Source of the DNA: Actinomycetes bacterium | GTDB lineage: Bacteria > Actinomycetota > Acidimicrobiia > Acidimicrobiales > Acidimicrobiaceae | Direction of reading: 5' to 3' | DNA length: 64,000 bases | Assembly: GCA_021785255.1 (NCBI GenBank) | Contig: JAJYGA010000009.1 | Span: 11,397 to 75,396, forward strand | Shown: one piece after another, positions 25,376-35,573 of the stretch | Layout: each line of letters opens with the position of its first letter | How positions within the stretch are numbered: position 1 is the first letter of the stretch | Notes under the pieces: generated by a model | What the model was told of the DNA's origin: nothing | Databases searched by the model: none | The model's input: the letters and a program-made list of their open reading frames with translations, nothing else | Position numbers and translations under genes: made by a program

Positions 25376-26140
25376 GTAACCAGGTTCTGTTCCCGTACAA
25401 CCTGGCCAAGAATACAGTCACGATCTCGATCACGTCGTTTGCTAAGTCCTCTTCAAAGGTGGAGCCCTCTTTGACGTTGATGATCACGACTTCAACGTCA
25501 AAATGTTCACACAGGCTAACGACGAGTTCCGATCCAAAACGAAGCAGTCGACCCTTGTTGCTGAGCACCGGCTGAGGGACATCGCCTGAATAGATCTGCG
25601 AGATGAGTACTTTCAGCCCTCCTTATGGTAGTTGAGACCCGATCCCACGTCAGAGATGACCTCATAAACTAACGCCTTTGCAGCGCAACACTTTCCAAGA
25701 GAGCCGCCTGACGGGCCAGATCGTCTTTTGCCCGTTGGTAGACACTCGTGCATATGCAATTGTCACCCTTGACGACGGAGCTACATAAATGCCGGAGCCT
25801 GGCAAGATCGTAGCGTCGTCTGGCACCAGGGGTTCGCTCAGCTGGTTCAGTTCGCCCTTCATCCTCTCACCCGCGCAGGGTGTCTGGGTGAACACCCATC
25901 TCTCTTGCTGCTACTCCGATTGGGACGAGTGTCGAGAAATATGCATTTGTATTATTGATTTCAGATGTCTACTTACTTGCTATCGAGCAGTTAGCTGCCC
26001 TTAGGCGGATGACCCTTGACCTTTCATTTGCCGTAGTGGTCTTCCATCGGTACCAGGTTGTCTTAACGATTCCGAAACTCCGTGCCATCTGGGTGATCGC
26101 TATAAACCGGTTGAGTTCTGGTCTTCCTCTGCAATATAGC
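25375..26140 (-). pseudogene. IS607-type serine recombinase (tnpA), multiply frameshifted
   Basis: A MerR-like HTH (LNRFIAITQMARSFGIVKTTWYRWKTT) and the catalytic block IAYARVSTNGQK are present. VISDVGSGLNYHKEG, KGRLLRFGSELV and VEVVIINVKEGSTFEEDLANDVIEIVTVFLARLYG lie in three different frames. Confidence 0.75.
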
Positions 26141-26177
26141 GAAAACCTTTCAGAGGGTCTCTCCTGCTCCAACAACT

Positions 26178-26226
26178 GGTTAAAGAGTTTCCGGAATGGG
26201 TGGAAACGTATTACTGGGATATTCAT
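26178..26226. repeat. Right copy of the island-bracketing direct repeat
   Basis: See 22561-22634. It lies immediately upstream of the IS607-type recombinase HTH. Confidence 0.85.
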
Positions 26227-26322
26227 AGTGAACAAACGGTGTGTTCCTCAAAACGGCAACGCGGCTAAGTAGCGAATCGATAGTTTTGGTTAGAAACACA
26301 ATGTCTCTTACATTGAAAAGTT

Positions 26323-28479
26323 CTACTCGACTGAGTGGATGATGAACGCAAGTACAGAACTCTCATCTCTCCAGGCGTCATATCTTCCAGTTGGACCCAT
26401 GTGTCCTGCTCCCATGTCCACTTTGAGTACCGTTGGTGCCATGGGGGAAACAGTCCGGATTTTTGCCACCCATTTTAATGGCTCCCAGTAAGAGACCCGA
26501 GGATCGTTAAAACCCGCACTTACATATAGAAATGGGTATATCCCTTGATCTTTGTAGTTGTCATAGGGAGAGTATGACAAGATGGCATCATAGACGTCGT
26601 TGTCCATTAGTGGATTACCCCATTCCTCCCATTCCGTTACCGTAAGAGGGAGGTCAGGATCTGATATAGTTGTAAGGCAGTCAACGAATGGCACTTCCGC
26701 AACGATTGCTCGAAAGAGGTCAGGTCGAAGGTTCAACGACGCCCCCATTAACAGACCGCCAGCGCTAGCCCCTCTGGCTACGAGGAGATCCTTGGAGGTA
26801 TAACCTGCGGAGACGAGATGCGAAGCGCATGCTATGAAGTCAAAAAAGGTGTTAGTTTTTTTAGTTAGCCTTCCCTCTTCATACCAGTGGCGTCCTAACT
26901 CTCCGCCACCACGTACATGTGCTACGGCAAAGATAAATCCTCGATCTAATAGTGAGAGCCTAGATACAGAAAAGGTTGGGTCGATAGAGGATTCATAAGA
27001 TCCGTATCCATAAAGCAAGGTAGGACTAGGTGATGAGGCATCGGTATCTTTATGTCTGACTAGAGATATCGGCACTAAAGTGCCGTCGTTGCTGCGTGCC
27101 CAAAGTCGCTCAGAGGTGTAGTTACCGGGTTCGAACTCTCCCAAGACGGGCTGAACCTTCAATAGAGAGACTGAATAGTCGAAGAGAGAAAGCTCAAATA
27201 TGGATGTTGGAGTTGTAAAAGATGTGTAACCATATCTAAATACATCTGTGTCATACTCGGCGTTAGTGGCGGGCCAAATGGTGCCTAAGTTGTCAGGAGT
27301 GGGAATTTGGTACTGACTTTTATCGTCAACGCGTATGAGTCTTATCCCCAGTTGAGCGTCAGATCGCAGCACTAGCGCGATGTGACTTTTAAAGATCTCT
27401 AATCCTTCAACTTTATCTCGGTCACCCAGTTCCAAGAGGTTGTTCCACGTTATCTTGCCACTATGACCATAGGGATCCTTGATCTCAGAGAATACGACTG
27501 AGAAATCTTCACGGTATCGATTTGTAATCAGGTAAGTTGCCTCTTCGTGGGTGTCGGTTGAGTACTCTATGCCCTCTTCCCTTTGCAAGAACACTTTTGG
27601 AGGGCTAAGTGGCAATCCCGCTGGTATGAGAAGTTGTTCAGTCGTTTTTTTGGACTGGCAGTCGATCACTATGAAGCGTTCATCAGAGGTTTTACCTAAG
27701 TCTACAAAAAAACGCTCATCTGTCTCTTCGTAGACCAACTTGTCTTCGGATTGATCGGTTCCTACCTTGTGAACGTATACCTGGTAAGGACGCATCGAAT
27801 CATCGGGTCGTACGAAGAACAAGTAATCTGAGTCCCAAGACCAGACAACACCGTAATACGTGTTATCGATAGTATCAAACGGCTGGTAGGCGTTGGCGGT
27901 TTCAGCAATCTTGAGCTCAAACGTCTCTGAGCCGTCAAAGTCCAGCGAGTAGGCTATGAGCTCATGGTTGGGGGAAACCGTTGAAGCGCCCAGTCCCATA
28001 TAGTCGTGGCCTTCAGCGAGAAGGTTTTCGTCTATGATCACTTGTTCCGCTGGGGTGTTATTGCTGAATCTGGGCCTTCGGCAGTGAATGGGGTACTGCA
28101 TTCCTTCCTCAGTGCGTCCATAGTATTCATAGGGTCCCTTAGCTGCAGGCACGGACATGTCGGTCTCTAAGACTTTAGACTTGATCTCATTGAAGATCTC
28201 GTTCGAAGTCTCCTCCACATATGGAAACACCCTGTTGAAGTAGGCGTTTTCGGCGGTGATGTAGCTTAACGTGTCTGGGTCGTCACGATCGCGCATCCAG
28301 TAGAAATCGTCAATTCTTGTTCCTCCAAGACCCTTTAACGGTTCCGGAATTGTCTTAGGTGGGACAGGTGGATCAAGGGAAAGTATTGTGGTTGAAAGTT
28401 TGTTGCGAATCACATTGTAGATCCTAAAGGCGTTTTCTTCTCCTTGTATCTTCCTATTAGTACTATATGGATAGTACAA
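26323..28479 (-). CDS. ptrB: Oligopeptidase B / S9A prolyl-oligopeptidase family serine protease
   Basis: 718 aa with DDFYWMRDRDDP near the N-terminus and the catalytic Ser motif RGASAGGLLMG. A C-terminal Asp/His region (SAGFNDPRV, GAGHMG) is also present. The true start is probably internal, because only 21 bp separate this ORF from the divergent sufB ORF. Confidence 0.9.
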   Translation of the reverse strand: MYYPYSTNRKIQGEENAFRIYNVIRNKLSTTILSLDPPVPPKTIPEPLKGLGGTRIDDFYWMRDRDDPDTLSYITAENAYFNRVFPYVEETSNEIFNEIKSKVLETDMSVPAAKGPYEYYGRTEEGMQYPIHCRRPRFSNNTPAEQVIIDENLLAEGHDYMGLGASTVSPNHELIAYSLDFDGSETFELKIAETANAYQPFDTIDNTYYGVVWSWDSDYLFFVRPDDSMRPYQVYVHKVGTDQSEDKLVYEETDERFFVDLGKTSDERFIVIDCQSKKTTEQLLIPAGLPLSPPKVFLQREEGIEYSTDTHEEATYLITNRYREDFSVVFSEIKDPYGHSGKITWNNLLELGDRDKVEGLEIFKSHIALVLRSDAQLGIRLIRVDDKSQYQIPTPDNLGTIWPATNAEYDTDVFRYGYTSFTTPTSIFELSLFDYSVSLLKVQPVLGEFEPGNYTSERLWARSNDGTLVPISLVRHKDTDASSPSPTLLYGYGSYESSIDPTFSVSRLSLLDRGFIFAVAHVRGGGELGRHWYEEGRLTKKTNTFFDFIACASHLVSAGYTSKDLLVARGASAGGLLMGASLNLRPDLFRAIVAEVPFVDCLTTISDPDLPLTVTEWEEWGNPLMDNDVYDAILSYSPYDNYKDQGIYPFLYVSAGFNDPRVSYWEPLKWVAKIRTVSPMAPTVLKVDMGAGHMGPTGRYDAWRDESSVLAFIIHSVE

Positions 28480-28536
28480 ATTTGATACACAAACGTTAGA
28501 ATGTGTACATCGCAGAGTGCTGTGATCCGATCCGCA

Positions 28537-29946
28537 ATGGAGGCACTAGTGGCAAATAGTTTAGATCTTGGTAAGTATCAGCTCGGCTGGAGCGACGTGG
28601 AAGACTATGTCTTTAAGCCCAAGAAGGGCATATCTGAAGAGATAGTTCGCGAGATGTCTGCAATGAAGAAGGAACCTGAATGGATGAAAGAGTTTAGGCT
28701 CAAAGCCTTAGCTCATTTCTTCAAACGTCCCATGGCGTCGTGGTTTGCTGTGAACATGCCTGACCTTGACTTTTCTGATATCTACTACTACATTAAACCT
28801 ACCGACAAACAGGTCAATGCCTGGGATCAACTGCCGGATTCTGTAAAAGCGACCTATGAGAAGCTTGGCATACCCGAAGCCGAGCGTAAGTATCTAGCTG
28901 GTGTAACGGCTCAGTACGAGTCTGAGGTTGTTTATCATCGTAACCGTAAAGAGCTGGAAGATCAAGGTGTGTTATTTTGCGATATGGACTCGGCCTTACG
29001 TGACTATCCTGATCTTGTCAAGCAGTATTTTGGATCTGTTATCCCACCTAATGATAATAAGTTTGCCGCGCTGAATTCAGCGGTCTGGTCAGGTGGATCC
29101 TTCATATATGTGCCTCCAGGTGTCAAAGTCGAGATGCCATTGCAGGCATATTTTCGTATCAATGCGGAAAATATGGGTCAGTTTGAACGTACGCTGATAA
29201 TTGCCGACGAAGGTTCGCAGGTTCATTACATCGAAGGGTGCTCAGCGCCTGTCTATACCACGGACTCTTTGCACTCAGCGGTTGTTGAATTGATTGCTAA
29301 ACCGGGAGCACGAATAACCTATACTACGATTCAGAACTGGTCAACAAACGTCTATAACTTGGTGACCAAGCGAGCTCGTGCTGAAGCTGAAGCACGTGTT
29401 GAATGGATAGATGGGAACATTGGATCTCGGTTGACCATGAAGTATCCAGCCGTTTACCTTGTAGGTCCCAAGGCCTCTGGTGAGGTTCTTTCGGTTGCTT
29501 ATGCTGGAGCCGGTCAGCATCAAGATGCAGGGGCAAAGATGGTGCACGCCGCACCTGAGACCACTTCGACCATAGTTTCAAAGTCAATCTCTAAAGACGG
29601 CGGAATCTCGACTTACAGAGGACTTGTGCACGTCGATGAAGGTGCAAAGGGATCAAAAAGCTATGTAAGATGCGACGCCTTGTTGCTTGATGACCATTCG
29701 ATATCTGAAACCAAGCCATACATGGAAGTTGGAGAGAGGGATGCATCTATCGGGCACGAGGCTACCGTGTCAAAAGTGGGAGAAGATCAACTCTTTTATC
29801 TGATGTCGAGAGGCTTGACTGAGGCCCAATCGATGAGCCTTATAGTGAATGGTTTTATAGAGCCTGTGACTAGAACTCTTCCTATGGAGTATGCAGTTGA
29901 GTGGTCACGTCTGATCGAGCTGCAGATGGACGGATCTATTGGCTAA
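28537..29946 (+). CDS. sufB: Fe-S cluster assembly protein SufB
   Basis: YQLGWSD...EPEWM...[18 protein letters not shown]...HYIEGCSAP...QNWS...[21 protein letters not shown] are canonical SufB blocks. The ORF opens at 28501, but ATG 28537 fits the usual N-terminus better. Confidence 0.93.
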   Translation: MEALVANSLDLGKYQLGWSDVEDYVFKPKKGISEEIVREMSAMKKEPEWMKEFRLKALAHFFKRPMASWFAVNMPDLDFSDIYYYIKPTDKQVNAWDQLPDSVKATYEKLGIPEAERKYLAGVTAQYESEVVYHRNRKELEDQGVLFCDMDSALRDYPDLVKQYFGSVIPPNDNKFAALNSAVWSGGSFIYVPPGVKVEMPLQAYFRINAENMGQFERTLIIADEGSQVHYIEGCSAPVYTTDSLHSAVVELIAKPGARITYTTIQNWSTNVYNLVTKRARAEAEARVEWIDGNIGSRLTMKYPAVYLVGPKASGEVLSVAYAGAGQHQDAGAKMVHAAPETTSTIVSKSISKDGGISTYRGLVHVDEGAKGSKSYVRCDALLLDDHSISETKPYMEVGERDASIGHEATVSKVGEDQLFYLMSRGLTEAQSMSLIVNGFIEPVTRTLPMEYAVEWSRLIELQMDGSIG

Positions 29947-30008
29947 AGGTGTCACTGATCGCTCCGAGCCTTAGTTATGTCATAGGGTCTTGCAGGTCAT
30001 AGGTGTTG

Positions 30009-31544
30009 CTAGAACGCGTCTGGCTCGATTAGAGGAAGATCAACTCCAAAGGTAGCGCCTTTGCCGAGTCCGTCGCTGTATACCCAAGCTCTTCCTCCAT
30101 GAGCGTGAACAATTGCTGCGACTAGCGACAGCCCGAGACCAGCCCCACCTTGTACTCGTGATCGAGAGGCATCAGAGCGGTAGAATCGTTCGAACACCTT
30201 CGATAAGTTGTCGGCGTCGATTCCTGGACCTGAATCTTTAACCTCAAGCCGAGCGTAACGTTCCCACAGAAGCTCCTTGATGGTGGTGTCTACGCTACCA
30301 AAGAGATCACCTACGTCCTTTGAGGTTGATTTGGCACCTTTGGGGATAGATTCCAACTTTGAGATCTGATAGGTCTTTATCCAAACAGGAGAGTCGGGCG
30401 CCGTATGGCTTCTTACATTTGAAAGAAGATTAGCCACAACTTGAGTTATTTGATTCCTGTCACCGAGTACCCAGAGATTGTTTCCCAACTCTGTGTGGAA
30501 GGTTCTTTGGGGTTGAACCACCGATGCGTCAGTGGCGGCGAGATGTACAATCTGAGAAAGATCGATTGGTTCAAGTATCAAAGGACGGTTTTGATCCATT
30601 CGCGCGAGCATCAATAGATCTTCTACGAGAGCGCCCATCCTTTTTGATTCGGACTCAATTCGCTCCATACTCTTTTTAAGGTCACCCTCGTCTTGTAGAG
30701 CGCCTTGTTTGTAAAGTTCTGCATATCCTTGAATTGAAGTTAGTGGTGTTCGAAGTTCGTGACTGACATCTGCGATGAAAACTCGAAGCCGCTCTTCTGA
30801 ATTTTTGGATCGGTCGAGAGCGCTTTGGATTCGTTCTAGCATTTTGTTTAGTGCGTTTGCAAGTCGCAAAACCTCTGTTCCTGTCCCTTTAGCTTCGACC
30901 CTACGATCGAGTTGGCCATCAGCGATGGATGAGGCTGTGTCTGTCATTGCCTGAATGGGCTTCAGGCCAAAGCGAAGTGAGGCACTCCCAATGGATGAAA
31001 GTAGAAGGAGAACTCCAATGGAAACTAGGAACTCTACGACCAAGAGACGGTGTAAAGTGGCCGCCAACTGGGTTTCCGGCAGGGCGACCACGACCAAGCC
31101 AGTACCTATCGGTAAGTTTTCACTTTCCGCAAGTACCCGGTAGCTCAGTTCTTGGTTTCCGCCCACGCTCCTAACTGTGCTGACCTCTCCGATTTTGAAG
31201 TTGTATTTGGTCGTCTTTCCAACTGTGCGTGTGAGCTGAGGTGGAGAACCTATTGAATTGTTTGCGGCCTTAATCGGCAAAGTCAGGCCCACGCCGCTTT
31301 TATCGATAAATTCAATGTAGGTGCCTACTGGCCATTGACCTAGCGCACTTTGAGGTACGAGTCCGCCGTTGAGATCGCCATTTACTAAAACATGTGAAGC
31401 TGAACTCATCGAAGAGACGAGCTGCTCGTCCAGTCTTTGATAAAGAAACGAGTTTAAAGAAGAGTAAAGGGCGAGGTCAAGTATGAGAGTAGTAAGCGCT
31501 AAGAGACCAAGGATAATAGCTAATAGTTTTGCTCTAAGCGACAT
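30009..31544 (-). CDS. Sensor histidine kinase (TM-sensor-TM-HAMP-HisKA-HATPase)
   Basis: H-box ADVSHELRTPLTSI, N/G boxes (NLLSNVRSHT, DSGPGI, GGAGLGLSLV). Confidence 0.9.
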   Translation of the reverse strand: MSLRAKLLAIILGLLALTTLILDLALYSSLNSFLYQRLDEQLVSSMSSASHVLVNGDLNGGLVPQSALGQWPVGTYIEFIDKSGVGLTLPIKAANNSIGSPPQLTRTVGKTTKYNFKIGEVSTVRSVGGNQELSYRVLAESENLPIGTGLVVVALPETQLAATLHRLLVVEFLVSIGVLLLLSSIGSASLRFGLKPIQAMTDTASSIADGQLDRRVEAKGTGTEVLRLANALNKMLERIQSALDRSKNSEERLRVFIADVSHELRTPLTSIQGYAELYKQGALQDEGDLKKSMERIESESKRMGALVEDLLMLARMDQNRPLILEPIDLSQIVHLAATDASVVQPQRTFHTELGNNLWVLGDRNQITQVVANLLSNVRSHTAPDSPVWIKTYQISKLESIPKGAKSTSKDVGDLFGSVDTTIKELLWERYARLEVKDSGPGIDADNLSKVFERFYRSDASRSRVQGGAGLGLSLVAAIVHAHGGRAWVYSDGLGKGATFGVDLPLIEPDAF

Positions 31545-31553
31545 AGATGATAT

Positions 31554-32291
31554 CTAGGAAGGAAGTCTAAGGCTGTATCCCACACCTCGTATTGTCTTGA
31601 TGAGCGGTGGGTGGGTGCTGTCAATTTTTTTCCGCAGATATGAAATGTAGGTTTCAACGATGTTCGCGTCACCGCCAAAGTCATACTCCCAGACGTGATC
31701 GAGGATTTGAGCTTTAGATACCACCTTGTTGGCATTGATCATTAGAAATCGCAACAACTTGAACTCGGTAGCTGTTAATTCGATCTCTTCGTTCCCGCGG
31801 CGCACCTCGTGCGTATCTTCATCCAGAACAAGGTCGGAAAAGACTATGCGTGCCTGGCGATCGGGCGAGTTTCCGGAGCGGCGAAGAATTGCACCAACTC
31901 TTGCTGAAAGTTCCGCAAGTGAAAAGGGCTTGGGAAGGTAGTCATCTGCACCTGCTGTTAGTCCTGTCACTCTATCTTCGATGGCGTCTCGTGCGGTGAG
32001 AAAGAGTACGGGCGTTTTGTTGCCTTCTTCTCTGAGGCGTTTCAGAACCTGGAATCCATCCAGATCGGGCATCATGATGTCCAAGACAATGAGATCAGGC
32101 CGAAAGGTTCGAGCTCTCTCAAGTCCTTCTCGTCCAGAGTTTGCTATCGCAACCTCGTAACCTTCGAAACCTAAAGACATATTTAGTAGTTCAGTGATTG
32201 GAGGTTCGTCATCTATTACGAGAACCTTGATTCCGAGCGGCTCTTTACCCACTCGAGTGCCTCCTTGCTTCGAAGTTACGGTATCTTTCAC
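31554..32291 (-). CDS. OmpR/PhoB-family response regulator
   Basis: Receiver domain (VLVIDDE, DLIVLDIMMPDLDG, LTA, KPF) plus a winged-helix output domain (LTATEFKLLRFLM, IKTIRGVGY). Confidence 0.92.
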   Translation of the reverse strand: MKDTVTSKQGGTRVGKEPLGIKVLVIDDEPPITELLNMSLGFEGYEVAIANSGREGLERARTFRPDLIVLDIMMPDLDGFQVLKRLREEGNKTPVLFLTARDAIEDRVTGLTAGADDYLPKPFSLAELSARVGAILRRSGNSPDRQARIVFSDLVLDEDTHEVRRGNEEIELTATEFKLLRFLMINANKVVSKAQILDHVWEYDFGGDANIVETYISYLRKKIDSTHPPLIKTIRGVGYSLRLPS

Positions 32292-32324
32292 CTGTACACT
32301 ACCTTTCGACCTTCAAGTGCCAAG

Positions 32325-33821
32325 CTAGGCTCCTGGCGGAGCTGACGCTAATGTGACTGTAGCAGAGTTTTGTCCGCTGCTAGGATCTAACCATGTAATT
32401 GTCACTGTAGTCCCTGGAGATCTACTTTGGATCGCCTTCACAAGCTGCGAGATACTCGTGATCTTCGTACTACCTATGGCTTGGATTACATCTCCTGACT
32501 GGATACCAGCTGACATAGCGGGTGAGTTGGCGACGACATTATCAACCAAAACACCGGAGGTGTTTGTACTGTAACCAAGTTGGCTCGCCAGGGAAGGAGT
32601 AAGATTTTGAACTCCTACTCCTAAGAAACCATGTGAGGAGGAAGTCGCGGAAGATACTCCGTTAGGGTGTGCTTCAATTTGTTTTACAATGGAGAGCACG
32701 GAGTTGATCGGTTCAGCAAAACCGATTCCTTGTGCGGACTGAGATGAACCTGATCCAGTAGCGGCTGCCGTGTTCATCCCTATTACGTACCCTGCTGAGT
32801 TGAGAAGTGGTCCCCCCGAGTTGCCTGGGTTGATTGGTGCATCAGTTTGGATCATATTGTAAAGCGTTTCCCTTGCTCCGGTATCGCTTTGTGCCGTGAT
32901 TGTTCGACCTAGTGCTGAGATGATTCCTTCTGTGACAGTGGGCGTTCCTTGGAGGGCAAGCGCGTTTCCAATTGCTACGACAGGATCGCCAACTTTCATG
33001 GTGTTTGAGTTTCCTAACGTTACTGTAGGTAGATTGGATGCCCCTTGGATCTGTAAGAGTGCAACATCGTGACTGGGGTTGGTTCCGATGACCTTCGCTT
33101 GATAGGATTTCTTCGAGTTATAGAGAGTGACTTTGATGCTACTGGCACTAGCTATTACGTGGTTGTTTGTGAGGACATATCCGTTTGGCGATATGATCAT
33201 CCCGGTTCCGGCTGCTTGAAACTGACTTGGACTCGAATTCCCGAAAAAGCCGTTAGACGGGGTTGTGATATAACCTGTGGTATTTATGTCAACGATTGCG
33301 GGCTCCACTCTGCTGAGTAGCTGAGTGACAGATGGAGTTCCTTGCGTACTCGAGGTGGATGCAAGTGGGGTGGCGGTAGCTTGTTTGATGATAGGAGCAG
33401 CGTTGTCACTAGCGTGCTTTGCAACTTCATAACCTACTCCAGCGCCGACACCACTGGCGATTAAAGTGGCGACTAAAGTCGTACCGACTAATGCAGATAT
33501 ACCTCTGCTTCTTGGCTTGTGTTTTCTGTCTTTAGGATTACTGGAGTCTAGGTGCTCGCCGGGTTTGTTGTAAGAGTACGAGTATGCCCCGGACGCGTAT
33601 GAGGCGGTAGTTGCGTACGGATCAGCTGTGTGCTCTTGACCGACTTCCTGTGATGCATCGTTTTGTGTCTGTGCGTCATCATCAGAGTTTGATAGGTGCG
33701 AGAAAATATTGAACGTATTCAAAGTCTCCTCCTCTAAAGCATTTTCTATGGGAGTGATTTGTTCGTGAGAACTGTTTGGCTGGTTTTGATCATTGCTTGG
33801 TGTAGTCTCTTCATCACTCAT
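32325..33821 (-). CDS. HtrA/DegP-type (S1C) serine protease with a C-terminal PDZ domain, membrane-anchored
   Basis: A low-complexity cytoplasmic N-terminus is followed by a TM helix (GISALVGTTLVATLIASGVGAG). The catalytic triad context is TNNHV, DVALL and GNSGGPL. PDZ-like GDVIQAIGSTKI. Confidence 0.88.
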   Translation of the reverse strand: MSDEETTPSNDQNQPNSSHEQITPIENALEEETLNTFNIFSHLSNSDDDAQTQNDASQEVGQEHTADPYATTASYASGAYSYSYNKPGEHLDSSNPKDRKHKPRSRGISALVGTTLVATLIASGVGAGVGYEVAKHASDNAAPIIKQATATPLASTSSTQGTPSVTQLLSRVEPAIVDINTTGYITTPSNGFFGNSSPSQFQAAGTGMIISPNGYVLTNNHVIASASSIKVTLYNSKKSYQAKVIGTNPSHDVALLQIQGASNLPTVTLGNSNTMKVGDPVVAIGNALALQGTPTVTEGIISALGRTITAQSDTGARETLYNMIQTDAPINPGNSGGPLLNSAGYVIGMNTAAATGSGSSQSAQGIGFAEPINSVLSIVKQIEAHPNGVSSATSSSHGFLGVGVQNLTPSLASQLGYSTNTSGVLVDNVVANSPAMSAGIQSGDVIQAIGSTKITSISQLVKAIQSRSPGTTVTITWLDPSSGQNSATVTLASAPPGA

Positions 33822-34378
33822 CTTCGTCTCCTCAGCTTTAAATCTTTCTAACTATATACAACCTCCAAATGCTAGGTTTTAGCTGGGAGTTGAGTTAGAC
33901 GGTTGTATGATCCTCTGGTGTGCTCAAGTTCTTTAAGGTAGCTGTTAAATAAGTACACTTCTTCGGGTCGCTTGAGTCTGCGAATTCATGTCTGACCAGC
34001 TAAGCCGACTTCACTTCAGCTCGAACCATTTCAAAATGTCGATATTACCCTTTTGAATGCGATAACGCCCCATGTCTGCTGATCATTGTGAAGGCGTATG
34101 TTGACATCGAGTTGGCGGATATTTGTATGGTTATCTGAGAAAAACATAAGATGAGACTTAGATTTTAGGTGCTGCGCCTGATTGCACTGTAAAGTCGGAT
34201 TGTTGGCGAAACACTGGATTACTTTAATCTCAAATGAGAGGCTCCATCTCGAACGCAACGCCGCGGTGGTAGACTTAAAACTGACAAGATCAAATCCTCT
34301 TCTGTCAAGAGACATGTGAGCTGAAGTAGCCCATTATTTAAAGTTCAGTCTTTCTGATTCAGCGATCGGAGAACACAA

Positions 34379-34708
34379 TTGAGTATGCGAGAAGAGTGCA
34401 AGCACTTTCAGAGTCGTACCTATGATTCGGGTGAAGCGTCCCGATTTTGTGTGCTCGACTTAGCCCCGGAAGCTCCATGGAGATGTCCGCCGGAGTGTGC
34501 ATCGTTCGCGCCGAGGCTTGCTGATGTAGCCTGGGTACATGGGTCGTTGATCCCCAGAGCCGTGGGTGCTGAGCCTGAGAGCGCGGCCGACAAAGAGGTT
34601 CAGTCACTTCTACGCGACGCTGAGAAGGTGGTTCAAGAGGAGGCTTTTGAGATCGCCAAAGAGAGACCCAAAGGCTACTTTTCCAAGTGGAAAAATCGCA
34701 AGCGTTAG
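34379..34708 (+). CDS. Hypothetical Cys-containing small protein
   Basis: 109-aa ORF (TTG at 34379, ATG at 34385) with C-x17-C...C-x3-C spacing and a basic tail. No family recognised. Confidence 0.4.
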   Translation: MSMREECKHFQSRTYDSGEASRFCVLDLAPEAPWRCPPECASFAPRLADVAWVHGSLIPRAVGAEPESAADKEVQSLLRDAEKVVQEEAFEIAKERPKGYFSKWKNRKR

Positions 34709-34711
34709 CCT

Positions 34712-35512
34712 TTACGTAAATTTTGGTTTTCTTTTTTCAGAAAATGCTTCGACAACTTCGTTTATGTCATCCTGATTTAAAAATGCTGTGTTCCATAGTG
34801 CTACCTTTTCAAGGTCGTCAAGGAGAGTTCTGTTGTACATTGAGTCCAAGATGCGTTTGGTCCCTTGCACCGCAGTAGTGGAGTTGCATGCTATTTCGTT
34901 CGCCAGTTCTAGCGCGTACTCCTCTGTGGCCTGCTTGTCTTTGAATACTTGATTGACGAAGTGGATCTCCTTAGCTTCTATAGCGTTGAAGTCGCGTCCG
35001 GTGAGGGCAAGTTCGTACAAGGCCCCGCGTGGGATGATCGAAGGTAGAAGCTGAAGCGAACCTAGGTCTGCCGTAATTGCGATCTTTGTTTCTCGAATGG
35101 AAAAGATGGAGTCACGAGAGCAAAGACGAATTGAACAAGCTGCAATCAGATCGACACCTCCTCCTAAACAGTATCCAGAGACAGTTGCTATGGAAGGAAT
35201 CTTAAAGTTAGCAAGTATCTTCGTGACTGCTTGGAGTTGTTGAATCCTCTCGAAAAGGATTACTTGGCGATGTGTTGAACCTCCGGTTAAGCCGGTTGCG
35301 AGTTCAGATAACTCCGATAGGTCAAGCCCCGTAGAAAAGTGAGCCCCTTCCGATGAGATGATTAATGCCTTGATACGTTCATTATCTTGTATCTCTGTGA
35401 GAGCCTCTCTCATCTCTTGAAAGTAGGCTTTGCCCATGGCGTTGAACTTTTCTGGCTTCGCTAACCGTACGATAGCCACGTGGTCTTTTAGTTCAACGGT
35501 TATAACTGACAT
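34712..35512 (-). CDS. Enoyl-CoA hydratase/isomerase (crotonase) family
   Basis: The layout KPEKFNAM...FSTGLDL...GYCLGGGVDLIAACSIRLCS...ETKIAITADLGS is typical of crotonases. Confidence 0.9.
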   Translation of the reverse strand: MSVITVELKDHVAIVRLAKPEKFNAMGKAYFQEMREALTEIQDNERIKALIISSEGAHFSTGLDLSELSELATGLTGGSTHRQVILFERIQQLQAVTKILANFKIPSIATVSGYCLGGGVDLIAACSIRLCSRDSIFSIRETKIAITADLGSLQLLPSIIPRGALYELALTGRDFNAIEAKEIHFVNQVFKDKQATEEYALELANEIACNSTTAVQGTKRILDSMYNRTLLDDLEKVALWNTAFLNQDDINEVVEAFSEKRKPKFT

Positions 35513-35573
35513 GTTTCGTCTCCTTCTTGGGAGTTAGCAGTCTCTGAACCTAAAGCAGAGTCATTCGGTGTTT

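Noticed and set aside
25955-26272. 105-aa plus-strand ORF and 88-aa minus-strand ORF (25969-26235) over the right repeat
   Set aside because: The minus-strand ORF is just the HTH-bearing N-terminal piece of the frameshifted IS607-type recombinase, extended into the repeat. The plus-strand ORF is its antisense shadow.
28479-28501. Taking the longest ORFs for ptrB and sufB at face value (a 21-bp divergent spacer)
   Set aside because: That would leave no room for two promoters. sufB more plausibly starts at ATG 28537, and ptrB at an internal GTG near 28.40 kb. The exact starts remain unresolved.
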